Assembly: GCA_937874695.1 (NCBI GenBank)
Contig: CALNAJ010000041.1
Span: 1,458-65,457 of the forward strand
DNA from: an uncultured Lactobacillus sp.
GTDB lineage: Bacteria > Bacillota > Bacilli > Lactobacillales > Lactobacillaceae
Reading direction: 5' to 3'
Length of the DNA stretch: 64,000 nucleotides
Position 1 is the first letter of the stretch, and every line of letters starts with the position of its first letter. The position numbers were made by a program, and so were the translations under genes. The notes under the pieces are model-generated. The model ran no database searches. It was not told the origin of the DNA and saw only the letters and a program-made list of their open reading frames with translations. Below are positions 24,857 to 32,814 of the stretch, in pieces.

Positions 24857-25135
24857 AAAAGAAAAGAGTCCGCTTCTAAATTAATAGAAACGAACTCTGT
24901 CGTGGTACCATTCTAATTCAAGTCAGACGTATGCCGACCCCTCATTAACACTCGCCAGCTTGCGCCTTAAAGTGCGTGCACGATAATGAGTGCCAAGCAT
25001 TACCACTTCATCACTAGGACTTAGCGGTACCAATTCATTTCAGGCCATCTTCACCCCGCCGTGGGTTACTCGCTTTCAGCAAAACGCGAGCTCTCTTGAA
25101 ACCATTGACGGTGGTTACTCTCCTGATCACATTGT
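24857..25135 (-). promoter_or_regulatory. T-box leader (Met specifier ATG) with terminator/antiterminator, controlling metQNI
   Basis: Minus strand: AGGAGAGTA and CAAGAGAG boxes in stem I; specifier-loop context GTGAAGATGGCC; T-box AATTAGAATGGTACCACG; terminator AGAGTTCGTTTCTA-TTAATT-TAGAAGCGGACTCT followed by TTTTCTTTT. Confidence 0.8.
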
Positions 25136-25159
25136 TTTCAATCGCTTAATTTAATAGCA

Positions 25160-25188
25160 AGTCTAATGCAACTTTAATCCGCTGTCAA
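25160..25188 (-). promoter_or_regulatory. promoter of T-box/metQNI transcript
   Basis: Minus strand TTGACA (25183-25188), 17 nt spacer, TAGACT (25160-25165). Confidence 0.65.
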
Positions 25189-25300
25189 GGAAAACCTTTA
25201 ATAAATTTATTTATAAGGAGCCCCGTCCCACCGGGCTTTCACCGTCACGTCTGCTTTTCAATCGGTTTCAAGCGTACAGAAATTCTCACGCAAATTTCAC

Positions 25301-25849
25301 TTAATCCCCGATAATCTGCTCACGCAAGATACCGGCTGCCAGTAAGAACATGTGCGTCACGACTGGACCAACGAAGCTGAACCCCCGCCGCTTTAAATCC
25401 TTGGCTACGGCACTGCCAATGGCCGACTGATTGGTCAGCTCATCACGCGTCACTGCCGGCAAGAGATACGGTGTCCCGTCAACGAAAGCCCACAGGTAGG
25501 CACTGAAGCTACCAAACTCCGCCTGCACTGTGAGGATGGCCCGCGCGTTCAGCAAAACGGCGCGAATCTTACGCTGATTACCGATCATCTCGGTATCGGC
25601 AGCAATCTCTGGAATCGCCAATTCATCGATCATTGCGGCCACTTTGGGAATCGCCATGCCGGCAAATACTCGCCGGTAGACTGGCAGCTTGCTGGCCGCC
25701 GCCTGCCAACTCAAACCAACCTGAAACACTCCAACTGTGAGGAGTTCGAACAGGACGTGGTCATCGTGAGTGGGTGTTCCAAAATAAGTATGGTACTCCT
25801 GCACGCCGTCCGTGTGCCAGTCCTGGCCGTCATTTGGACTGATAGTCAT
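25301..25849 (-). CDS. DNA-3-methyladenine glycosylase I family paralog lacking the zinc-snap residues
   Basis: Tag-like core (FELLTVGVFQVGLSWQ, IGNQRKIRAVLLNA, GFSFVGPVVTHMFLLAAG). Start set to ATG 25849 after AAGGGAG. The 105-codon upstream extension in the track runs through a repeat element. Confidence 0.8.
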   Translation of the reverse strand: MTISPNDGQDWHTDGVQEYHTYFGTPTHDDHVLFELLTVGVFQVGLSWQAAASKLPVYRRVFAGMAIPKVAAMIDELAIPEIAADTEMIGNQRKIRAVLLNARAILTVQAEFGSFSAYLWAFVDGTPYLLPAVTRDELTNQSAIGSAVAKDLKRRGFSFVGPVVTHMFLLAAGILREQIIGD

Positions 25850-25931
25850 GTTCAACCGCTCCCTTTCATTGCTAAATCCATTGTACACGAAGACTAGTTG
25901 GGAGGCGATTAGCTTTGAAATTACGAGTCCG

Positions 25932-26113
25932 TCGCCTGCGGCTGCCAGAGATTCCGCCTGTTGTGGGGACGCTTCAGCCTGAGAAGCGGGCTTCCCGCTC
26001 GCTTTGAAGCCACGAAGAACACGTGTCTCCAAAGTCGCCCGTGGTGTAAACCGGCCTAAAACGCCAGTTAACACCACCTCCACGGCTGGCTGCATCCCTG
26101 GCCTCCTCCGGCT
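25932..26113 (+). repeat. modular intergenic repeat, copy E (full-length variant, 182 nt)
   Basis: CGCCTGCGGCTGCCAGAGATTCCGCCTGTTGTGGGGACGCTTCAGCCTGAGAAGCGGGCTTCC ... GCATCCCTGGCCTCCTCCGGCTA. The central part differs in sequence but still forms a hairpin. Confidence 0.85.
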
Positions 26114-26476
26114 AAGATAACTTACAACCTCATAACAAAGTTTTCCCCAAATTATATCCATCATGAATTTGCCTAACGTGATCTATCATCTTTCTTTCGC
26201 GAACATTTGCGTATAAAGAAGGCCATTAATCCTGGCGTTTGGTCCAGAATTAATGGCCTTCACGGGAGATAACTGTACAACGACACTACTCTCTAACTGG
26301 GAAAGCTACCCCAAAATCATTCCGTGCCCACCACTGATGATTTTCTAGAGAACCATGAGCCGACAGACTTTCAGTTGCCTGAAATTTTCCCGTTATATCT
26401 ACAGTATGAATAACGACAAGTGCCCACGATTAATCAATAATTGGTGGTAAATCCAGCCGCAGGCGAGCTCCATCAG

Positions 26477-28126
26477 CTATTTAATATAAGCATACTTGTA
26501 ACTCCACTGCGTACCGGCGGTGTTGTGAATAACACCCTTAATCGATGGACGCTGCAAGTAGGCATAGTTCGCCTGGTAGAGTGGCGTAAAGCTCTGCTCC
26601 TTGTTGATCAGCTTAGATGCCTGAACCATGTCTTGCCACCGCGCTTCATCGTTTCCGGCATCGGCCCCCTGCGCCTTGTCGATCAAGGCATCGTACTGCT
26701 TGTTGGACCACTTACCATAGTTCAACGCATTCGAACTGACTGGAATCTGTAAGAAGGAAATTGGGTCGTTGAAGTCGGCACCCCAGTGAGACAAGTAGAG
26801 ATCAAAATCCCCACTGGTCGAGCGGGACTGTGCAACGGAAGCCGGAACATTTTCAATTTTCAAGTTGAAGCCACTCAGGTTCTTTTCCAACGTGCTCTTC
26901 AAATACTGAGTCACAGTGCTGGCCGCAACATCATCGTTTCCGGCTAGAATGTTCAGATTAACCTTCTTGATGCCCAATTGTTTCAGACCCGCTGCCCACT
27001 TCTGCTTGGCCAGTTTTGGATTGTAGGTCGTGGCGTTCTTGACCGTTTGCTGCTTAGCGAAGTCTTCACCCGTCTTGGGATCACTTGCTAAGCCACTGGC
27101 AACGAATCCAGTTGGCGTCACTGATCCATCCCCCAACACCTTCTTGGTCAGCTGACTGCGGTTGATGGAGAGTGCAATGGCCTGCCGGATGTTGCGGTTA
27201 TTCATGATCCGTCGCTTTTCCTGATTGGCATCCTTGAAGTTGTATTTCAGATGAATCACGATGGAATACGGATATTCCTTGAAGGCACTGTTGTTCTTGT
27301 AATTCTTAACCTGTTCCGTCGAAAGCTGCGCGAAATCAAGCTTCTTGTTCTGGTACAGGCTCAACCCAGTCTGAGGATTGGTGACCACTTGGTAATTGAT
27401 TTTCTGGAGCTTAACCACCTTCTTGTCCCAGTAGTGGTTGTTCTTGACGAAGGACCAGGTGTTCCCCGTCCCACTCCAGTTGGTAATCTTAAAGGGACCG
27501 CTGTAGACCATGTACTGTGACTTCGCGGCATACTTCTTGCCATACTTGTTGACGACCTTTTCATTTTGGGGCGCAAATAATGGGTATGCCATCAAAATCT
27601 TGAAGTACGCAATTGGCTTGTCCAACTGAATCACGACGGTCTGCTGGTTCTTAGCGTGAATCCCGATGGACGCTGGACTAGCCTTACCTGCAATGATTTT
27701 ATCGCCGTTCTTGATACCAGAGAACATGGTCGTGTAAGACGCCTTAGTTGACGGCGTTAAGGTGCGGCGCCAGGAATAAACGAAGTCTTGGGCGGTGATC
27801 TTATCGCCGTTACTCCACTTGGCGTTGTCACGAATGTGGAAAGTCCACGTCTTCTTGTCCTTGGAAACCTTGGCGGAATCCGCTAGGCCTGGCGCAACCT
27901 TCCCGTTCTTACCGAGACGGTAGAAACTTTCAAAGACGTTCCCTGTCTGACCGTACCCGGTCGCTTTGGCCAGGTCGATGGTGTCGAGCTGTGCCGTCGC
28001 GGGGAGTTTTAACTCTTGTGATGGCTTAGTCGTTGATGCCGTTTGACCACAAGCAGCTAATCCCAATCCCATTGCAATAACTGCGGCGACTAAGCCGATA
28101 CTGGTCCATTTTTTCATAAAATTCAT
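26477..28126 (-). CDS. peptide ABC-transporter substrate-binding lipoprotein (family 5, OppA-like), orphan
   Basis: Lipobox LAACG. WSNGDKITAQDFVYSWRR. Start trimmed to ATG 28126 (MNFMKKW...). No cognate permease or ATPase nearby. Confidence 0.85.
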   Translation of the reverse strand: MNFMKKWTSIGLVAAVIAMGLGLAACGQTASTTKPSQELKLPATAQLDTIDLAKATGYGQTGNVFESFYRLGKNGKVAPGLADSAKVSKDKKTWTFHIRDNAKWSNGDKITAQDFVYSWRRTLTPSTKASYTTMFSGIKNGDKIIAGKASPASIGIHAKNQQTVVIQLDKPIAYFKILMAYPLFAPQNEKVVNKYGKKYAAKSQYMVYSGPFKITNWSGTGNTWSFVKNNHYWDKKVVKLQKINYQVVTNPQTGLSLYQNKKLDFAQLSTEQVKNYKNNSAFKEYPYSIVIHLKYNFKDANQEKRRIMNNRNIRQAIALSINRSQLTKKVLGDGSVTPTGFVASGLASDPKTGEDFAKQQTVKNATTYNPKLAKQKWAAGLKQLGIKKVNLNILAGNDDVAASTVTQYLKSTLEKNLSGFNLKIENVPASVAQSRSTSGDFDLYLSHWGADFNDPISFLQIPVSSNALNYGKWSNKQYDALIDKAQGADAGNDEARWQDMVQASKLINKEQSFTPLYQANYAYLQRPSIKGVIHNTAGTQWSYKYAYIK

Positions 28127-28180
28127 AGCTCCCTTTTCCTCAAATTTAGTGGTGTGCAATCCCCAAATTCGTGTTTAAGT

Positions 28181-28230
28181 ACAGAAAAAGGCGGGTCTCC
28201 CTTCACATAATCGTGATGGGAAACCCGCCT
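28181..28230 (-). terminator. intrinsic terminator inside the 5' leader of the oppA-like gene (attenuator candidate)
   Basis: Minus strand AGGCGGGTTTCCC-(16-nt loop)-GGGAGACCCGCCT (13 bp, one G-U), followed by TTTTTCTGT. Lies 55 nt upstream of the CDS start. Confidence 0.8.
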
Positions 28231-28268
28231 ACAGTGACAACAATCGCTGTTGTCGTCGTTATGTAGGT

Positions 28269-28373
28269 CTACTGGCTAGCCGGAAAATCACGATTAAACG
28301 CAACACAAACAAGCACGTTACATTGGCAACATGCGGCTAACATCATTTGTTGTTGGTTGGCGTTTACGAGCAT
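28269..28373 (-). CDS. candidate 34-codon Cys-rich leader mini-ORF
   Basis: AGGAGGG, 9 nt, then ATG 28373. Translation MLVNANQQQMMLAACCQCNVLVCVAFNRDFPASQ, TAG at 28269-28271. The start and the last codons are paired in a 13-bp stem (28282-28294 / 28372-28384). Confidence 0.4.
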   Translation of the reverse strand: MLVNANQQQMMLAACCQCNVLVCVAFNRDFPASQ

Positions 28374-28424
28374 CGTGATTTTCCCTCCTAACTTTTTGTA
28401 ATCGAATTGGATTGCACAAGATTA

Positions 28425-28453
28425 AAGATAGCCTTCTTCTTTCGATTTGTCAA
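28425..28453 (-). promoter_or_regulatory. candidate promoter of the leader/oppA-like transcript
   Basis: Minus strand TTGACA (28448-28453), 17 nt spacer, TATCTT (28425-28430). Confidence 0.4.
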
Positions 28454-28534
28454 AAGAAAAAACTCGTCACTAACATCTCCCCCTGGAAAACTGTATACTG
28501 GTGATAGTTGAACTAGTAGAAAGGATTTGAACGT

Positions 28535-30784
28535 ATGGACATCGAACGAACGCTTGCTGCACTGACGTTACCGGAGAAGGCCGCACTGGTCTCCGGCAAG
28601 AATTTTTGGTATACCGCTGCCGTGGAACGCTTAGGCATCCCGGCACTAATGATGACGGACGGACCTTCTGGGCTACGGAAACAGAAGCCCACGGCCTCGG
28701 CCGGCGACATTACGGATTCGGTTCAAGCTATAACCTATCCTGCTGCGGCTTTGAGTGCCAGCTCCTGGAACACTACCCTGATGCGTCAATTAGGGGAACA
28801 TCTTGGTGAGGAGGCTCGTGCAGAACAAGTGAGTCTGTTGCTCGGACCCGGCGTTAACTTGAAGCGGTCGCCATTGGGTGGTCGGAACTTCGAGTATTTA
28901 TCCGAAGATCCCCTGGTTGCTGGGAAATTAGCAAGCGCCTACGTCGATGGTGTTCAATCCAAGCACGTTGGGGTTTCGGTCAAACACTTCGTTGCCAACA
29001 ACCGAGAAAACCAACGGTTCACGGCCTCCAGTGACATGTCGGCCCGGACCCTTCGTGAACTTTATTTACGGACTTTTGAAATTATTACCAAGGCCGCTTA
29101 TCCGGCAACCATTATGACCTCGTATAACCGGACCAACGGTGTCTTGAACTCGCAGAACCGCCATTTATTGCGCGATATTTTACGGGACGAATGGGGCTTC
29201 CATGGGGCCATCATGTCTGACTGGGGCGCTGTGGCCGACCATGCGGAAGCATTGAAAGCCAGCCTCGATTTGGAAATGCCTGGGAAGGGCCAGGCTTCAG
29301 TCGATGAGATTATCCGCGCTATTCAAACAGGCGAGTTGGACGTTGGCACTCTGAATAAAGCTGTCCGGCACCTGCTGCACGTGGTCGACAAGTGGCAACC
29401 GGCGGATAAAGCTGGCACTTACGATCACCAAGCCCATCATGACTTTGCTCGTAAATTAGCCGATGATAGTATCATTCTACTGAAGAATCATGAGAATGAA
29501 TTGCCACTGAAACCGGCCACGGCTGGTAAGGTCGTAGTGATTGGCGAACTAGCTGAACACCCACGCTACCAAGGTTCCGGGAGTTCTCACGTCAACCCAA
29601 CGAAACTGGTAACCCCACTGGAAGCCTTGCAAAATACTGGCCTACAGGCTGATTACTACCCTGGCTATCAACTGGACGAGAGCGAAACAAATGACCAACT
29701 GGCCCAAGACGCACTCGATGCCGCCAAGGACGCCGATCACGTCATCGTCTTTGCTGGTTACCCAGCTGCCGCGGAATCGGAAGGCTTCGACAAGAACTCA
29801 ATCTTGTTGCCCGAAAATCAAACGGATCTAATTGGCTCACTGGCTAAGCTAAATGAACACACGACAGTCGTCTTACAAAATGGTTCCGCGGTTGAAATGC
29901 CTTGGATTCACACCGTTGCGGCGGTGGTTGAAACCTATCTGGCAGGCGAAGCCGTGGGTGAAGCTACTTGGGATATCCTAACCGGAGCGGTCAATCCTTC
30001 CGGTCACTTGACCGAAACGTTCCCAGTCCGGTTGACGGATACGCCAATGGCCCCAACGTTTGCGCAAGATCCTCGCCACGAACTTTATTCAGAAGGGATC
30101 TTTATGGGCTACCGGTATTACGATACCCATGAAATGCACGTTCTCTACGCCTTTGGTCATGGCCTGAGTTACACTGAATTTGAATTTACTAACCTAAAGA
30201 TTAAACAAAGCGAACACGGTGCGACCGTGACCTTCGACGTCACCAACACTGGTGACTGTGCCGGGCAAGCGGTACCACAACTTTACGTGGCTAACCATAC
30301 TTCTCACGCACCGATGCCCACGAAGGAACTCCGTGGATTTACTAAAATTGCAGTTGACCCTGGTGAGACCAAGCCGGTAACTTTGAAACTAACCCGCCAA
30401 GACTTCAGCTGGTGGCGTGAAGGCAAGCATCGTTGGCAAGCGGACTCCGGTGACTACGAGGTCATGATTGGCCAGTCGTCTCGTGACATTCGCTTACAGA
30501 CGAAGCTGACCATGGACTTCAAGAATTCACCAGCACCAATTACGGATGAGACCTACCTCACCAATGTTGCGTGGAATCCACGCTTGTTGGATCTCTTTAA
30601 GCAAAAAGTAATCGCACCAGCAAGCCAAGATAATACTAGCCTGTTGGGGGCAACGGATGCAGATGGTAACCCAACTATTTTGCAAGATCGCATGTTCCTG
30701 AATATGCCGCTACGTGCCCTGACTGCTCAAGGCGTTCCTGCTGATTTAATTGAAGACTTTATCCGTGCCGCTAACGCACGTTAA
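28535..30784 (+). CDS. glycoside hydrolase family 3 beta-glucosidase
   Basis: 749-aa ORF. GH3 motifs (GLRKQ, KHFVANN.E..R, MSDWGA) and a C-terminal Fn3-like domain. Confidence 0.9.
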   Translation: MDIERTLAALTLPEKAALVSGKNFWYTAAVERLGIPALMMTDGPSGLRKQKPTASAGDITDSVQAITYPAAALSASSWNTTLMRQLGEHLGEEARAEQVSLLLGPGVNLKRSPLGGRNFEYLSEDPLVAGKLASAYVDGVQSKHVGVSVKHFVANNRENQRFTASSDMSARTLRELYLRTFEIITKAAYPATIMTSYNRTNGVLNSQNRHLLRDILRDEWGFHGAIMSDWGAVADHAEALKASLDLEMPGKGQASVDEIIRAIQTGELDVGTLNKAVRHLLHVVDKWQPADKAGTYDHQAHHDFARKLADDSIILLKNHENELPLKPATAGKVVVIGELAEHPRYQGSGSSHVNPTKLVTPLEALQNTGLQADYYPGYQLDESETNDQLAQDALDAAKDADHVIVFAGYPAAAESEGFDKNSILLPENQTDLIGSLAKLNEHTTVVLQNGSAVEMPWIHTVAAVVETYLAGEAVGEATWDILTGAVNPSGHLTETFPVRLTDTPMAPTFAQDPRHELYSEGIFMGYRYYDTHEMHVLYAFGHGLSYTEFEFTNLKIKQSEHGATVTFDVTNTGDCAGQAVPQLYVANHTSHAPMPTKELRGFTKIAVDPGETKPVTLKLTRQDFSWWREGKHRWQADSGDYEVMIGQSSRDIRLQTKLTMDFKNSPAPITDETYLTNVAWNPRLLDLFKQKVIAPASQDNTSLLGATDADGNPTILQDRMFLNMPLRALTAQGVPADLIEDFIRAANAR

Positions 30785-30792
30785 CTATACGA

Positions 30793-30836
30793 AAATGACC
30801 GTCACCCCAATTGTTGGGATGACGGTCATTTTGGGT
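30793..30836. terminator. bidirectional terminator hairpin
   Basis: AAAATGACCGTCACCCCAA-TTG-TTGGGATGACGGTCATTTT. Confidence 0.85.
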
Positions 30837-30841
30837 TTCAA

Positions 30842-31288
30842 TTAAGTTAATGGCAACACCATATCAATGTGCGGAATACCGGTATCTAAGTAAACGGCAC
30901 TCGTAGGCTGGAATCCAAATGAAGCATAGAATTTCTGCAAGTAAGCCTGCGCCTGAATCACAATAGCTTGGGCTGCCGGATAGGTCTGGTGGGCTGCAGT
31001 AATGGCCGTGCTGACCAGCCGGCGCCCTGCACCATTTCCCCGATTAGTAGGTGCCACCAGTACGCGTCCAATTCGGACTTGTGGCCCCTCATCTATCAAT
31101 CGGGCATAGGCCGTAATCGCACCGGCTGAATCCTGTGTGAACAGGTGCTGTGCCTGGACATCGAGGTCATCGACTTCCTGGTAGGCACAAGTTTGTTCCA
31201 CAACAAAAACAGCCACCCGCACACGGTAAATTTCAAATAACTCTATTGTTGTCAGTTGCTCAAACGACTTTTGTTGAAAAGCTGGCAT
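30842..31288 (-). CDS. GNAT-family N-acetyltransferase (ElaA-like)
   Basis: 148-aa ORF. Acetyl-CoA site RIGRVLVAPTNRGNGAGRRL. Confidence 0.8.
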   Translation of the reverse strand: MPAFQQKSFEQLTTIELFEIYRVRVAVFVVEQTCAYQEVDDLDVQAQHLFTQDSAGAITAYARLIDEGPQVRIGRVLVAPTNRGNGAGRRLVSTAITAAHQTYPAAQAIVIQAQAYLQKFYASFGFQPTSAVYLDTGIPHIDMVLPLT

Positions 31289-31300
31289 TCGCTCACCCGC

Positions 31301-32284
31301 CTAATTTAATTGCTTGATGTGATTCTTGTGTTCCAAGGGATATTCAACTGGTGTGTCCCAATCAGTCAACATCTTATCCGTGATTTCTACACGTTGCAAT
31401 TCCAAGTTGTCGTAAGGTTCCATGTAGTAGGCCCGTTCGTCGAGCGCCATGTAGCCACGGTATTGCGTATAGTCACTGCTACCATCCGGCTTGAGCTTAA
31501 CGCCCTTAGGAATCGTCACGCCATCCAGTAAATGTTGTAGCAAGTTCATCGTCGATGGGGTATCCGCCGTTGGCTTACTGTAATGCTTGTTAAAAACGGT
31601 CCGAACGAAGCGAGATGGTGAGGTGTAGTCCCCAGGCATCCCAAATGCCCCGGTTCCTGGTCCAACCGTCTTTAAATCAAAGCCCTGGTAATCATGCAAT
31701 GGCCGCGTATCAGCAACTAAAGTGCCGTACGTACTCAGGTTTTGCAAATGCCAGCTTAATTGTGGTGAGTTGGCCATTACCCCAACAGGATCATCGATCA
31801 AGTGGAGGTCATGGTCAGTCGCTTCTAAGACGGCCGTATCTCCAGTGGGATCACTGAAAATGAAGTGTAGTGGCGCCGTGATGCCTAACAGGGCAACCGG
31901 CTTATCCACGATTTGAACAGTCGTAATCAACTCACGTAAATCAGCCACGCTCTTCGCATTTCCCAATACCCAAGCTGGTAAGTCATGCGGTGCAATGGCC
32001 AACTTATCAGCTGGCGCTTCCTTGGCATACTTGGCGTAGTCAGAAAAGTACAGTGCAGCGGCACCTAACCCGTATTCGTTAACACCATCCACAAAGATAT
32101 AATGACTCAGATTTCGACCGGCACCTACGAAGCCGTATTTCGTGGCGAATTCACCTGCGTCCCCTTGAATCTTTTGTTGCCGTGGCATAAAGATTGGCTG
32201 ACCACCCAACTCGAAGCCAAAATCCATGGTCCGCGCTAAGAAGTGATCACCTTGGCTATTTTCATAGGTCAAACTAGTACACAT
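31301..32284 (-). CDS. choloylglycine hydrolase family (bile-salt hydrolase / penicillin V acylase, Ntn hydrolase)
   Basis: Start trimmed so the mature N-terminus is MCTSLTY (Cys2 nucleophile). FLARTMDF motif. Confidence 0.85.
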   Translation of the reverse strand: MCTSLTYENSQGDHFLARTMDFGFELGGQPIFMPRQQKIQGDAGEFATKYGFVGAGRNLSHYIFVDGVNEYGLGAAALYFSDYAKYAKEAPADKLAIAPHDLPAWVLGNAKSVADLRELITTVQIVDKPVALLGITAPLHFIFSDPTGDTAVLEATDHDLHLIDDPVGVMANSPQLSWHLQNLSTYGTLVADTRPLHDYQGFDLKTVGPGTGAFGMPGDYTSPSRFVRTVFNKHYSKPTADTPSTMNLLQHLLDGVTIPKGVKLKPDGSSDYTQYRGYMALDERAYYMEPYDNLELQRVEITDKMLTDWDTPVEYPLEHKNHIKQLN

Positions 32285-32814
32285 CAAAATCATCCCGTTT
32301 CTAATTTAGTTATTCATTATTCTAAACCTAAATTAGACGTTGTGCACGGATAATCGTTGATTATATAACTGATTTTTTAAAAACCGGCTAAATCGCATGA
32401 TACCGCCATTTGAAGGTTCAAGGCTATAACCGTATCCCACTGAAATGATTATCTACCAAAATTAGCTTATCGTCAGAAGTTCACTAGAAAAACTGGACAT
32501 TTCTAGTCCATCTCGTGGTTCTCCGGTATCTATTTCAGAAAGTCTCAGGTATCCTTGGCGTGAAAAGTATGGTTGTTAGAAGCTTAAGCCCCCAGAGAAA
32601 CTAGTTGACTGGTTCGATGACCTAATCATCCTTGATTATTCCCACAAAACGAGTTCGTATAGCCTACCAAAACGGCTAGCTAACCATTTTTTATACAGCA
32701 TTACCTGTTTACGAGTCACCCAAATTATCCCTTATTTTCCCGAAACGGACCAGTCAATAACGCCATACTTTTTCGCTAAGAGCCGCCGACCTATTCGCCT
32801 GACGACTCTTTTTT

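Noticed and set aside
1491-26113. Dispersed repeat copies as a possible CRISPR array
   Set aside because: Copies are 67-188 nt long and separated by kilobases containing ordinary genes. They are modular and imperfect, and no cas genes are present. None of this is compatible with a CRISPR architecture.
25850-26164. N-terminal 105 codons of the 287-aa ORF 25301-26164
   Set aside because: This segment runs through repeat copy E and has no similarity to Tag proteins. An SD (AAGGGAG) precedes the internal ATG 25849, which yields a normal-length Tag-family protein. I treated it as a repeat-generated read-through frame, not as coding sequence.
28269-28373. Cys-rich 34-aa mini-ORF as a bacteriocin or RiPP precursor
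   Set aside because: There is no leader-cleavage motif (no GG site). No modification enzyme, immunity gene or dedicated exporter gene lies nearby. The location, inside a hairpin between a promoter and a terminator in front of a transporter gene, fits a regulatory leader better. It is kept as a regulatory or toxin-like candidate in the findings.
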